DNA of 64,000 bases. Origin: a virus. This document shows positions 19,832 to 29,900 of this stretch, piece by piece. The notes beneath the pieces were generated by a model. The model did not search any database. It worked only from the letters and a program-made list of their open reading frames with translations, and had not been told where the DNA came from. Each line of letters begins with the position of its first letter. Positions within the stretch are counted from its first letter, which is position 1. Made by a program: the position numbers and the translations under genes. Location of the stretch: positions 32,001-96,000 of the IMG/VR virus record IMGVR_UViG_3300025127_000009. The stretch is one strand, 5' to 3'.

Positions 19832-21757
19832 TTATTCAACTCTAAATTTAAACTCATCTTTGTTAACTACATTTTGTCCATAACAATCTGTAGATATTTC
19901 TAGTGCGTACATGTATCCGGGCTCAAAAAGAGACATGTCTAACTTGAAATAACTTCCACTTGAATCGTAAGAAGCCTTCGTATGAGGTATACTGCCTGAA
20001 CCATAAGATATAACCTCTGTATCATCTATAACCCTGTACGCTCTATAATATAAATTATATAGCACTTCGTTTGGACTTTTTCTTGTTGCAACAGAATAAA
20101 TGTTTGGTTGAAAATCTTTTTTTCTAACGTTGACCCTGAGAGAGGGTTTATCACTTGTTTTGTATGCTGACTTTAAATTGCCGATAGATAAAATATAATC
20201 TTCGTCTGCATTATTGTATGGAAGTGGTTTATGGGTTTTTACTTTTATTGCAGAACCAGTAAACAATTGTACTCCAGCAACAGTACTCCAAACATCATAA
20301 ACTTTAGTTGCAGATCCTGTATAGGCAAATGAAGCACTATACACACCTGTGTCCGTAGATAGATATGCAGATGCCCAATTCCTGTTGTTAACACGCACTC
20401 CTCCACCAATTGGAAACAATATCGGCTTTGCTGTGTTAGATATTTCATCATACAACCTTACTTTCATCAAAGTTTCCCCTGTTGATTGATCTGAGCCATC
20501 TGGTGAAGTTTTTAGAGCAGGTATATTACTTAAACCTTTTCTTGTATAGTTGTATATGTACAGTGTGTTTAAGTTTTCAGCACCTGTCGCTAGTGAAGAA
20601 CTTTTGAAAAAATTAGATCTGTCGTCTCCAATCGATGAATTCCATCTAGCCTCTATATGAGGCCTCTTAAAAAAGAACTCAGTGCCTCTGGCAAAAAACT
20701 TTTTTGTATAGTATGATCTGTTACGCGAACCATCTTCATACGTTCCTGACATTTTTATTAATACACCGTAGTTTTCTCTATCCGGATCAACTGTTGACTC
20801 TGCCTCCAGCCATTCTTCAACTAGGGATGTGATATTAATTTCTATATCTTCGGTCCCTTTGTGCAAAAACTGTGAATAGTGTGGGAGATTTTTCCCGGCA
20901 GTATATCCAACTTCATGGAAATCTCCCCCAGTGTTGGTCCAGCGAGTTTTTCCACCTTGTTGCACTACAGTTAAAGTAAAGACGCTATTATCTAATACGC
21001 TCGATGGGACAGTTGAACCTGCTGTGCCGCCGTTTCCGGTGTTAGTGAGTCTGACTGTTGCTCCGGTTGAGTCTGAAGTGTCGTCTTCTGATATTGAAGC
21101 AGAAATATTTATACTCTGAGCATCTAGTGCTGTTTTTACTTTTTTGGCAAAATGTTTAACAGTGGTCAAACCACCAGCAGATATATCTACTTCTATTTCA
21201 GTTCCGTCAAGACTAGGTGCTGATTGTGCCCCGTCATGATCAAACCAAAAATTGTATATGGCGTTGGAGTTGTCTCTTAAAACAAAATATTTTCCATTAT
21301 AATCTGCTTTTGTGGTGCTAATAAATTTAATGTCTGTAATATCGGGCACTTTTGTATCGTTGGCAAAAACCCAATTTGAAACCATTTCATCAGAATACTC
21401 TTCCATATCCAAGCCGCTGCCCTCAGACCAAGAACGCGATATAGGCAAAATCGCTAAAGAATAATTTTTTGGCAAAGATTGTCCGTGCTCCGCATTAAAG
21501 ATTCTAAGAACAAACTTGACACTACCTGACGCTGGTATTGTTGCTGCATCTCTGTCTGACTTTATTTTAGAGACAGGGAAATTTATTAACGCTCTAGACT
21601 TTTCCACGGAGCCTGACGAGGCTTGTCCGTAAATTGAAAAAACTTCAAGAATGTCAGATTCACCAGAATTGGAACCTGTGCCCCTAACAGATAAATTAGA
21701 TTTAAAAGCATTTGTAATCGTATTGTCAGCATTAGCAAAATATCTTTTAATAGTCAT
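19832..21757 (-). CDS. Baseplate-module protein with DNRLRE-like (jelly-roll) N-terminal domain, an inserted module and an Ig-like C-terminus
   Basis: KRYFANADNTI...SRALINFPVS...LAILPISRSWSEGSG...NYGVLIK...RPHIEARW pattern; lies between the gp6-like gene and the giant protein. Confidence 0.6.
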   Translation of the reverse strand: MTIKRYFANADNTITNAFKSNLSVRGTGSNSGESDILEVFSIYGQASSGSVEKSRALINFPVSKIKSDRDAATIPASGSVKFVLRIFNAEHGQSLPKNYSLAILPISRSWSEGSGLDMEEYSDEMVSNWVFANDTKVPDITDIKFISTTKADYNGKYFVLRDNSNAIYNFWFDHDGAQSAPSLDGTEIEVDISAGGLTTVKHFAKKVKTALDAQSINISASISEDDTSDSTGATVRLTNTGNGGTAGSTVPSSVLDNSVFTLTVVQQGGKTRWTNTGGDFHEVGYTAGKNLPHYSQFLHKGTEDIEINITSLVEEWLEAESTVDPDRENYGVLIKMSGTYEDGSRNRSYYTKKFFARGTEFFFKRPHIEARWNSSIGDDRSNFFKSSSLATGAENLNTLYIYNYTRKGLSNIPALKTSPDGSDQSTGETLMKVRLYDEISNTAKPILFPIGGGVRVNNRNWASAYLSTDTGVYSASFAYTGSATKVYDVWSTVAGVQLFTGSAIKVKTHKPLPYNNADEDYILSIGNLKSAYKTSDKPSLRVNVRKKDFQPNIYSVATRKSPNEVLYNLYYRAYRVIDDTEVISYGSGSIPHTKASYDSSGSYFKLDMSLFEPGYMYALEISTDCYGQNVVNKDEFKFRVE

Positions 21758-23553
21758 TAAATTGCTGTCCCTGTTATATCCTTGATTGGAAATTTGATTT
21801 CGTATACGTGATCGAAAGGTAATGTCAATGTTCTACCATCTATACTCAAATTGTCATTTATGATAAAAGTTATATCAGAGTATGGTCCACCTTTTTTGTT
21901 TGAGACAGTTACGTCTAATACATCTACAACTGAATCTAGGTTTCCGAGGATATTGTACACATCATTTAAATACAACCCTTCTCCGATTTCTGGGTGTATC
22001 CTAAAATATTCTTGAATTTCTCTATTGCATTGTAACACTGTTTCTGCCTTATTGGCTGTCGGGGCCACTAAAATTTCATAATTAATACCTAAATTAACTA
22101 TTTTAGCATCCATTATATCAAATGTATCGCCCATCATTTTATAAATTTCAATCCAATTTTTAAGATTATTCTTTAAAGTAATATTACTATTGATTAAACG
22201 TTTATCGTGATCTTCTGATATCACGTAAAGATTTATATTTCTTTTGAAAGAATCTCTATCAACATCAACTCTACATCTCTTTACTGCACCAAACTTTGAA
22301 GGCATTGCATAAGCCATGCTTACATAGTCTTGTCTTGTGACTGCCCTGTTTTGTGTTGAAAAAGAATTTTTGGCTCTAATTTTAATATCAGTCTCTGTAG
22401 GTATGGCGAGGTCACCGACAACCGGTTCTTCATTGAAGACTTCCAAAGAACGTCGTACTGTATTAAGTTTTGCTGCATCTAATGTTGCTTCGTCGTCAAA
22501 TTGTATTCTAGACTCGACCACTTTAGTTATTGAACCTGCAGGCGCATTAGAGACCTCGACGTCATCTGTTCTTAATTTTACCGACAGTGTTGTATTGGCA
22601 GGAGAGATTCCCATCTTATCTGTGGTCGTGAAATTTGTAGGATCTAGATAAGTGTTTGAAACATAATTTTTCCCAAACTGATTTAGCACAACGCGAGAAG
22701 GATCTAAGAAAGATCCAGATAATATTTCTTCATCACTGCCTTGACCAAATTGAATCTCTACGTAGCCAGGGAAGAATTCCGTCATAAATCTTCTTGGGAC
22801 CGAAAAAGGTTTTATTATATTTTTTACTCGATTTCTATCTTTGTTTCTATTAGAAACGTCTCTGTATATAACATCTTGAGAAAGATGCTCTACTTCATAA
22901 TACCTATGGCCTTCTGAATCTTCAACACTGATTACTTCTGAAATATTTTCGGCCTCTACTGTGACTTTGGCAAACCTTTTAAATATTCCTACATCCACAA
23001 ACTTTTCTTCTATAAAGCCAGATCTGACTTGTCCTGTTGCTTTTATGGCATATTCAGTAGGTGCTCCAGTTGTTGGATCAACCGTGGCAACAACAACTAA
23101 GTTATTAGAGTTTTTAAAATCAACATTCTCCATTAAGGAAAAGCGACCGCCACTTTCACTAGCGAAACTAGTTCCCTCTAAAGCAACAGGCGCATATCTT
23201 AAATCTGGGGCGTTGTTTGCAGAATTAACTGGTACAGTTATGTAAAGATCAACAATTCCGAAAGATGATATAGACTCGGAATATTTATAACCCATATTTT
23301 TAGATAAACTTATTATATTCTCTTTTTCTATTGCAGTATCTAAGAAACTTTCGTTTGCTTGATAATCTAAATAGAAAGACAGTACATCTCCCACATAAGC
23401 AACTGAGTCTAACAACAAAGAACCAAATGACGCTTCGTTAAAATCTTTATACGTATTGGGATAATACCTTTTTGCATGTTCCACCAACGAGTTTTTAATA
23501 GAATTAAAATCTCTGTCAGTGTATCTAATTGGAATATTTCTTTTTTCGGACAT
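21757..23553 (-). CDS. Baseplate wedge subunit, T4 gp6/baseplate J-like
   Basis: N-terminal YTDRDFNSIKNSL...DFNEASFGSLLLDSVAYVGDVLSFYLDYQANESFLDTA and internal QNRAVTRQDY, hallmark gp6-like motifs. Confidence 0.9.
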   Translation of the reverse strand: MSEKRNIPIRYTDRDFNSIKNSLVEHAKRYYPNTYKDFNEASFGSLLLDSVAYVGDVLSFYLDYQANESFLDTAIEKENIISLSKNMGYKYSESISSFGIVDLYITVPVNSANNAPDLRYAPVALEGTSFASESGGRFSLMENVDFKNSNNLVVVATVDPTTGAPTEYAIKATGQVRSGFIEEKFVDVGIFKRFAKVTVEAENISEVISVEDSEGHRYYEVEHLSQDVIYRDVSNRNKDRNRVKNIIKPFSVPRRFMTEFFPGYVEIQFGQGSDEEILSGSFLDPSRVVLNQFGKNYVSNTYLDPTNFTTTDKMGISPANTTLSVKLRTDDVEVSNAPAGSITKVVESRIQFDDEATLDAAKLNTVRRSLEVFNEEPVVGDLAIPTETDIKIRAKNSFSTQNRAVTRQDYVSMAYAMPSKFGAVKRCRVDVDRDSFKRNINLYVISEDHDKRLINSNITLKNNLKNWIEIYKMMGDTFDIMDAKIVNLGINYEILVAPTANKAETVLQCNREIQEYFRIHPEIGEGLYLNDVYNILGNLDSVVDVLDVTVSNKKGGPYSDITFIINDNLSIDGRTLTLPFDHVYEIKFPIKDITGTAI

Positions 23554-23571
23554 ACCAACAAACCTCAGTAA

Positions 23572-23579
23572 TAAATAGT
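23572..23579 (-). promoter_or_regulatory. Candidate late-promoter motif ACTATTTA
   Basis: 18 nt upstream of the gp6-like start; ACTAATTA occurs at similar spacing before two other genes. Confidence 0.4.
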
Positions 23580-23968
23580 TATCTATTGAATTTTGGATCG
23601 ATTGAAAGATTCAATATTTCATCTGTAGATATACCTGCAATTGAATATGTTAATTTAACCTGCATTAAATTTTCATTTTGTGCTTCAGTCATCCCTACTT
23701 CGACAAGTTGTATTTGTACGAAGGGCATATAAATAGAAACTTGCTCTATTATTGCAGATTCTAGTCTTGCCAAAGTAGTGCTTGACCCCTGATCAAAAAG
23801 ATAGTTTCTTAGGCCAACGCCAAACTCAGGATCCATCACTTTTTCTCCGGGCGCTGTTAGTATTAAATGTTTTAAATTTTGTTGCGTATTCTCTTCTATA
23901 GTTCTAGTTGCTTGAAATCCCTCTACCTTATTAATGTTTAAAGGTAGTTTTGGCGCTATACCATACAT
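23579..23968 (-). CDS. Baseplate wedge subunit, gp25/GPW-like
   Basis: QNLKHLILTAPGEKVMDPEFGVGLRNYLFD matches the gp25 family motif (L.T..GER...P.FG..L..YLF). Confidence 0.9.
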   Translation of the reverse strand: MYGIAPKLPLNINKVEGFQATRTIEENTQQNLKHLILTAPGEKVMDPEFGVGLRNYLFDQGSSTTLARLESAIIEQVSIYMPFVQIQLVEVGMTEAQNENLMQVKLTYSIAGISTDEILNLSIDPKFNR

Positions 23969-23980
23969 AATTTTACCCCC

Positions 23981-26900
23981 TTATTCTAAATCTTCGCACA
24001 TACCCATCGGCTCTTCTGGTGGCTCTTCTGGCTTTTCTTCTGGACATGGTTGATCTTCGCAACCATTTTCTCTCTTTAATCTAGCATGCTCTTCGCCAGA
24101 AAGTTCCCCAACAGACAACGCTAACAAACCTGGCGGACCCATAAATTGGCCATACCTTTCGGACTTATCTAGAGGAATTGGAACACCTGGCAAAGGAAAT
24201 AGATTAATAAAATGTTTTGCTGGCGTTATCATATTCTTTGCTGTTTTGAAAAAGTTTATAAATGGTGGCCACGGTGAAAGTGCTATAGAAAATATTATAT
24301 CTAGAGGAAACATCGTGGCCGGAACATAAGTTTTACAAGCCTGACCTTTTCTTATTCCAAAACCATTGTTAAGTTTGTTTCCTTTGTATTTAGGAGAAAA
24401 TCCTGACCGCATGGGTACACCTAATAATCCTGGCCTTAATCCAGACTTCATAGAACAAGGGTCTTCCATGTACTGTTCTTTCATATCTTTATACCCAGGA
24501 TCAGCAGTTTCGGCTACCTGTCTTATTGCTGCAAAAGCAGCCTGCGGAATCATCTTTGCCAACTGCTTCCAAATCATTTTCCATATATCGCCTATACCCG
24601 GCTCACCACCGCCCATGTTATCATTCATGGTTGCCATTGCATTTTTAGGCAAATTAAAACCTGTAGATGCAACAATATCATTCATCAAAACTATGTTTTG
24701 AACTATAAATAGTTTTGTTGCTGTCAATAATTCTTGTGTTTGTGCTTGAGAATCAAAAATTAAAACATTTTGCATTAAATGCATAGCCGCATAACGATCT
24801 AAAGGAAAAAGAAAATCAAACATCAACCTGTGAGGTTTCATTATCTCTTCTGGGGTGTTATTTTCTTGCTTTTTCGTGTCTTTAATTTTCCAACACTTAA
24901 CGTATGAAGCCTCGTCCTGATCTTCTCGCTTAGGTTTAACCTCCATAGACAGAAGATCCTCCAATAAAGAGTCCTCATATTCTTCGAAAAGTCCTCGATT
25001 AAAGAAGTTTTCGATATTTTCGAAGAAATTATCAGTTACAGCATCTCTAGGAGACAAAGTGTTTATAGTGTTTTTTCCTGTCCTTTTGCGTAGCAAATCT
25101 GAAAAACATTCTATAGGCTTTGCAATTTCATCTATTGGTATAGAATAAACCAGATTATCCATTATTTCAGTTGTAACTGGAGCCATCATAAAAGATGTTT
25201 CATCGGCTATTTTAGAAGTGTGTGCTTTCGTTATTTTTAAAGCGTTTTTATAAAATATAGAACTTTCATTCAAACTGCCTCCACTGTAAACTGGTTCAGG
25301 ATCTACATGTCCCAAAAAGCATCTTTTTTTAGTAAAAACGTTTCTGTTTGATGCTAAGCCAAGTCCAGAGTTCACGGGATCAAATCTAAGGGTTTGGTTC
25401 TCTTCTACTGCAGGAAATAAATCTCCATATATTTGTGACGGCTTTATTGTGTTTATTTTTGTAGCATCAAAACCTGTCTGTTCTTCTCTCTTGACTTTGT
25501 GACCAAACATTAATCGATAGCCAATTTGTAAATTTTCTTCAAGATGATTTACTATTCGTTGCCTTCTAGAGACAATGTATTCATCTTCTACAAGATAATT
25601 TGAGTTAATTGTTGGCTGATTTAAAACTCCTGGAGCGTTTCTATTTTCTGTTATTATTTGTCTTGGTATAACGCTGGGGATAAATACTCTAGAAATATAA
25701 TAATCCAAAACGTTCTTTTGAGCGAAATCAGTTTCTACATACTTGGGGGTACCATAACCTCCGAAGGATATTTTTCCGTTGGTTTTCCATCGCCACCAGG
25801 CGGCGCGATTATGAGCGGGCCAGAAGTCATTAGGATATTCCACTGATAAACTTGCAAATCTTAATATATTGTGGACTTTTTCGGTTCTTTCATCCATATC
25901 TCTATCGCTGAGTCTTATTCGATCTGGACTTTTTCTAAAGATAACTCTGTTACCTGGTAGCCCCATTCTACCGGTTGACGTTTGCCAACTGGGATCGTTA
26001 ATGGGCCAATAAGTTTTAAGTTCTGCAAATTCTAGCAAACAATCAATAAATATTTCAATTTTTCTGCGCAAAGGCAGTGACCTAGCCTCCTGACTAAGGT
26101 TTGAGTTTTCTGTAAAAGCCTTTGCAAACCAATAATAATCTTTTATGTTGTCTCCAAAATTTCTTCCAGCATAAGTGTTATATTTTTGTATGGCGCTATT
26201 TTCTGGAAAGATACTGCTTGGCTGTCTTGGCCAAGTAGTGCTTCTTTGAAATTCCGGCAGTCGTGATTCCCAATCAGAGGTTTCTGGATCTGAAGGGTTA
26301 TAATACCTGTTTTTATAAGCAAAATATGTCGAGTGAGCAGGCTGTATTCTTCTGTACGCCCTGTCGTAAAGTTGTTCTTTAGTAACACTACCTGCCCTGT
26401 AAAAACTATCAAATTCTGTAAATGATGTTCTGCCGCCTTCGGACATCTCTCTAGGTGTATCGTATGGACTTTGACTGATTTCACCCTCCTCTGCAATCAC
26501 GGTAACGCCATCGTTCGCATACACTGTTTCTTCGATTGTGAAAGAATTTCGATCTCTTACTCTTGACACACCTCTCAAATATGGTCTTTGCCAGTGAGTT
26601 TCGTTTGTTGTAATTCTTGTTGCGCGAACGCTTCCATCATCATTTGTTAATCGTCGAGCAGACATTGGTGCTTCTGGGTCATCCGATGTAGAGGCGACAG
26701 GTGCTAAAACAACATTAGTTGCCCCTGTTGTGAGTTTGCCGGGGTCGCCGTGACCAGTCATCACCAATCTTTCTCGATTTGAATTTTCGTAACGAGCGGC
26801 GATTCCCAAATCATACATAATTTGATATGCTAAACAGTTTTCATCTCTGATCTGATGGAGATTAGGGTGCTCCGATTGCCACATACTTTCTTTGTGTGGA

Positions 26901-29900
26901 ACAGTTTTTGTTGGTTCTGGGGGCGGTACTACAGCCGGTGGTATACCGAGTCCAACTTCGGGCTCGGGTTGCTTAAGAGAATCAACTAAGCCAGTTGTTT
27001 CAATAGCAGCGAAATATTGCGTCAACAAACTTAAAAAGACATGTTCTATAAATTCATATTCTGCAAAATTTCTATCTGCAGTTGCTAGCGCAGAATCAAC
27101 CAATTCTTCATCTGAAGCCCTGTTGGGTTGTCCATAAAGTAAGTTTATTAGATCTTCTGATGAAAGATATTCTGAATAATAATTCGCGCCTGTTGTATCT
27201 AAACTTGGAATTTTTCTATATGTATATTGTTGAAGAGTGCTAGATTCTGTATAATTTTTAACCTCATTGTAAATTGAGGAGAATTGTTCGAAGTTACCAA
27301 TTCTATAAAATTTTTCAATCCAGAAGTGACCAGAGTTTATTTTTTTGTTTATAGTCTCTTCATCAAAACCTTGAAATCTAAATTTATCTCTCAAGTTTGG
27401 AAGCATCAAACTTGCTGGAACTTCCGCTACATCTCCAGCACCATAAATAAAGTCTCCAAAGTTACGGTCATCTACAACTGTTCTTCCTCTTGGTAAATTG
27501 CCATAATCTTCAAAAACTCCGCGCAGCGATTCTGATAATAGGTTTTCTCTTCTTCTTTGTACTACAACTTTTGGATAATTTGTTGCGCTTGGTATGTGCT
27601 TTGCATTTTTTGCTAAGTCGTTATAAAATTTTTCTTTGTAAGAAGAACTATCATTTTCAAAAACTCTATCAACAAAATCTACCATTTTCTTCATGTCTAA
27701 GTTTCTTAAAACCATCGACTCTAGTGCTTCATCGTTGTCGTCAATGTTAGTTAATCTTTTCAAGATAGAGAATATTTGATTTCTAGTTTTTCTTTCTACT
27801 AAAGCATTTTTAAAGTCATTAGAAATTGTATCAACAAGATAATCCATTACGAATCTTTGATCAAACATTCTTTCAGCACCGAAACTTGAAAACATGAATA
27901 TACCTTTTAGCATAATCTCTAAGCCTGCCATAGTAACATAAACCTTAAACAAGCCTGATATCATTGCATCTTCATACGGACCATTTACATTAAAATCTCG
28001 GTCTACCGGATCGTGTTTTATTTTTGCAACTTCTGTTTTGTATCCTTGCAAAAATTCTTGCACCATCTTTTCAAAATCAATTGCTTTTTTATTTAATATG
28101 TAACAAGGAACCCCGTCTACATCACTGACAAAGTACAATCTCGTTAAATCATCTTTTAATTGTAAAAGTTCATCGTAGTTAAAATACTTTGATTGTTTTA
28201 TTATCTGCGAGATAGAGAAATTAATAGAATCAGAAACTGAAGAATATAACGGGTTGTTAGACAGTCTGCTTTCTAGCAATTGTTCTGCTAACTCTCCAGT
28301 TAAAACCTTGTTGTTTATTGCCTCAAGGCCATTTATCGTTCTAAACTGGCTAAAAGCGTCGTCAACCAGCGTTTGATCTGGGTTTGCGATATATCCTTGG
28401 ATTGCTGGCCTTATATTAGTGTTGGTGGGAGAACCGTGATCATTGTAAGTATCAAAACTATTGTTTTGAGAACTTTCATCTCCAAGGCTCTTATATTTTT
28501 CTATCAGTATCTCGGCAAAACCTCCTGGTCTCAATAGTTTGTGCTGGTGTATGGTAGATCTAACGTCTAATGACTCTTTTCTAAACTGCTGATATTCAGG
28601 CTTTAAATCTTCGCTATACACTCTGTTAAAGTAAGACCTATTACTCCTAAACACACTTGGTATGTTTGAGTATGAAAACCTATAACAGTCTTTTGCTTTA
28701 AAACCCCTCTTAAAAGGCAACTCAGAATACCCCACAGAATATCTAGCCGGTACGTTTGATGTTGATTCAATTCTTGTTGGTTCTCCTCTTACGGGTTCTG
28801 TCATCAATCTAACATGCAATTCTCTTACATTATCTGCAGATCCAGGGAACTTTCTTGTAATTGTTGTTTGATCTAACTTTACGATACTTTTTAATTTAGC
28901 CATTATGTCTGGATCTTGTATTTGATATTTTTGCACGTATCCTATAACGTATTTCTCTATTAGTTCACCAAACTCTTGCACTTTTTCAAATTGAAGTTCA
29001 CCCTCGTCCTCGTTGCTAGGTATTAACACATCTGGATAAAATTCATTTCCTTCCGCGTCTTCCTCTTTGTCTTCGGCCTTTGTGACATAAAATCTCATAT
29101 ATTGTCGATCATTCTCCGGAATACCCATTTCATCAAAAAAATCATTTGCCTCTGCTAGTGTGCTTGGATCTGCATCTATTTGATTATCGTTTTCGTCAAG
29201 GTACTCAACATTACAAGGCTTAAGTTTATGTATCTTTCTCGCAGTAAGCGGCGGGTCTTGTTGAAGGTTGTCAACCTGCTTAAGATAAAAAACATACATT
29301 GTATAGTCTAAAGCATTAAATCTAGGTTCGCCTGGTTGAACCAATTTGGTTGATCTAGACATTAGTAAATTTGGAAACGCTGCTATTTCTACATCAAAAT
29401 ATGATTTGATATTATCAATTAAAGTCTCAACCGACATCTTGACTAACCTGTCGTGCATCGGATTGTTGTACGGCCCCGGAAGACCGGCGTCTTTAAGGTC
29501 GTTATAATTTGTACCTGGTATCAGGCCACTTAGATCGCCCGTTCTCGCCAAGTCCTTCATGATGTCTCTTCTCTCTGCTGCTTTCTTTAATTCAGCAGCA
29601 ATTTCCTCTGGAGATGCTCCAACATCATCTAATAATTTTCTTATATCTCTTTCTCCGCCTTGACCACCTCCTTGACTATCGCCAAAACCACCACCAGTAG
29701 TTCCATCTTCAGGAGGACAAAGATCATTTGCTACAATCACATCATCTAATTCTTTAATCCTAGCACACATATTGGGATCAACAACTTGCCCTAAAGTTTG
29801 AAAGAACATAAAAACATCTTCTCTTGTCGATAAGACAGACGCTAAACTGGAAGAAGTTGCCTGTATAACGTTCAGTACAACTACTAGCACCTCTTCGCTT

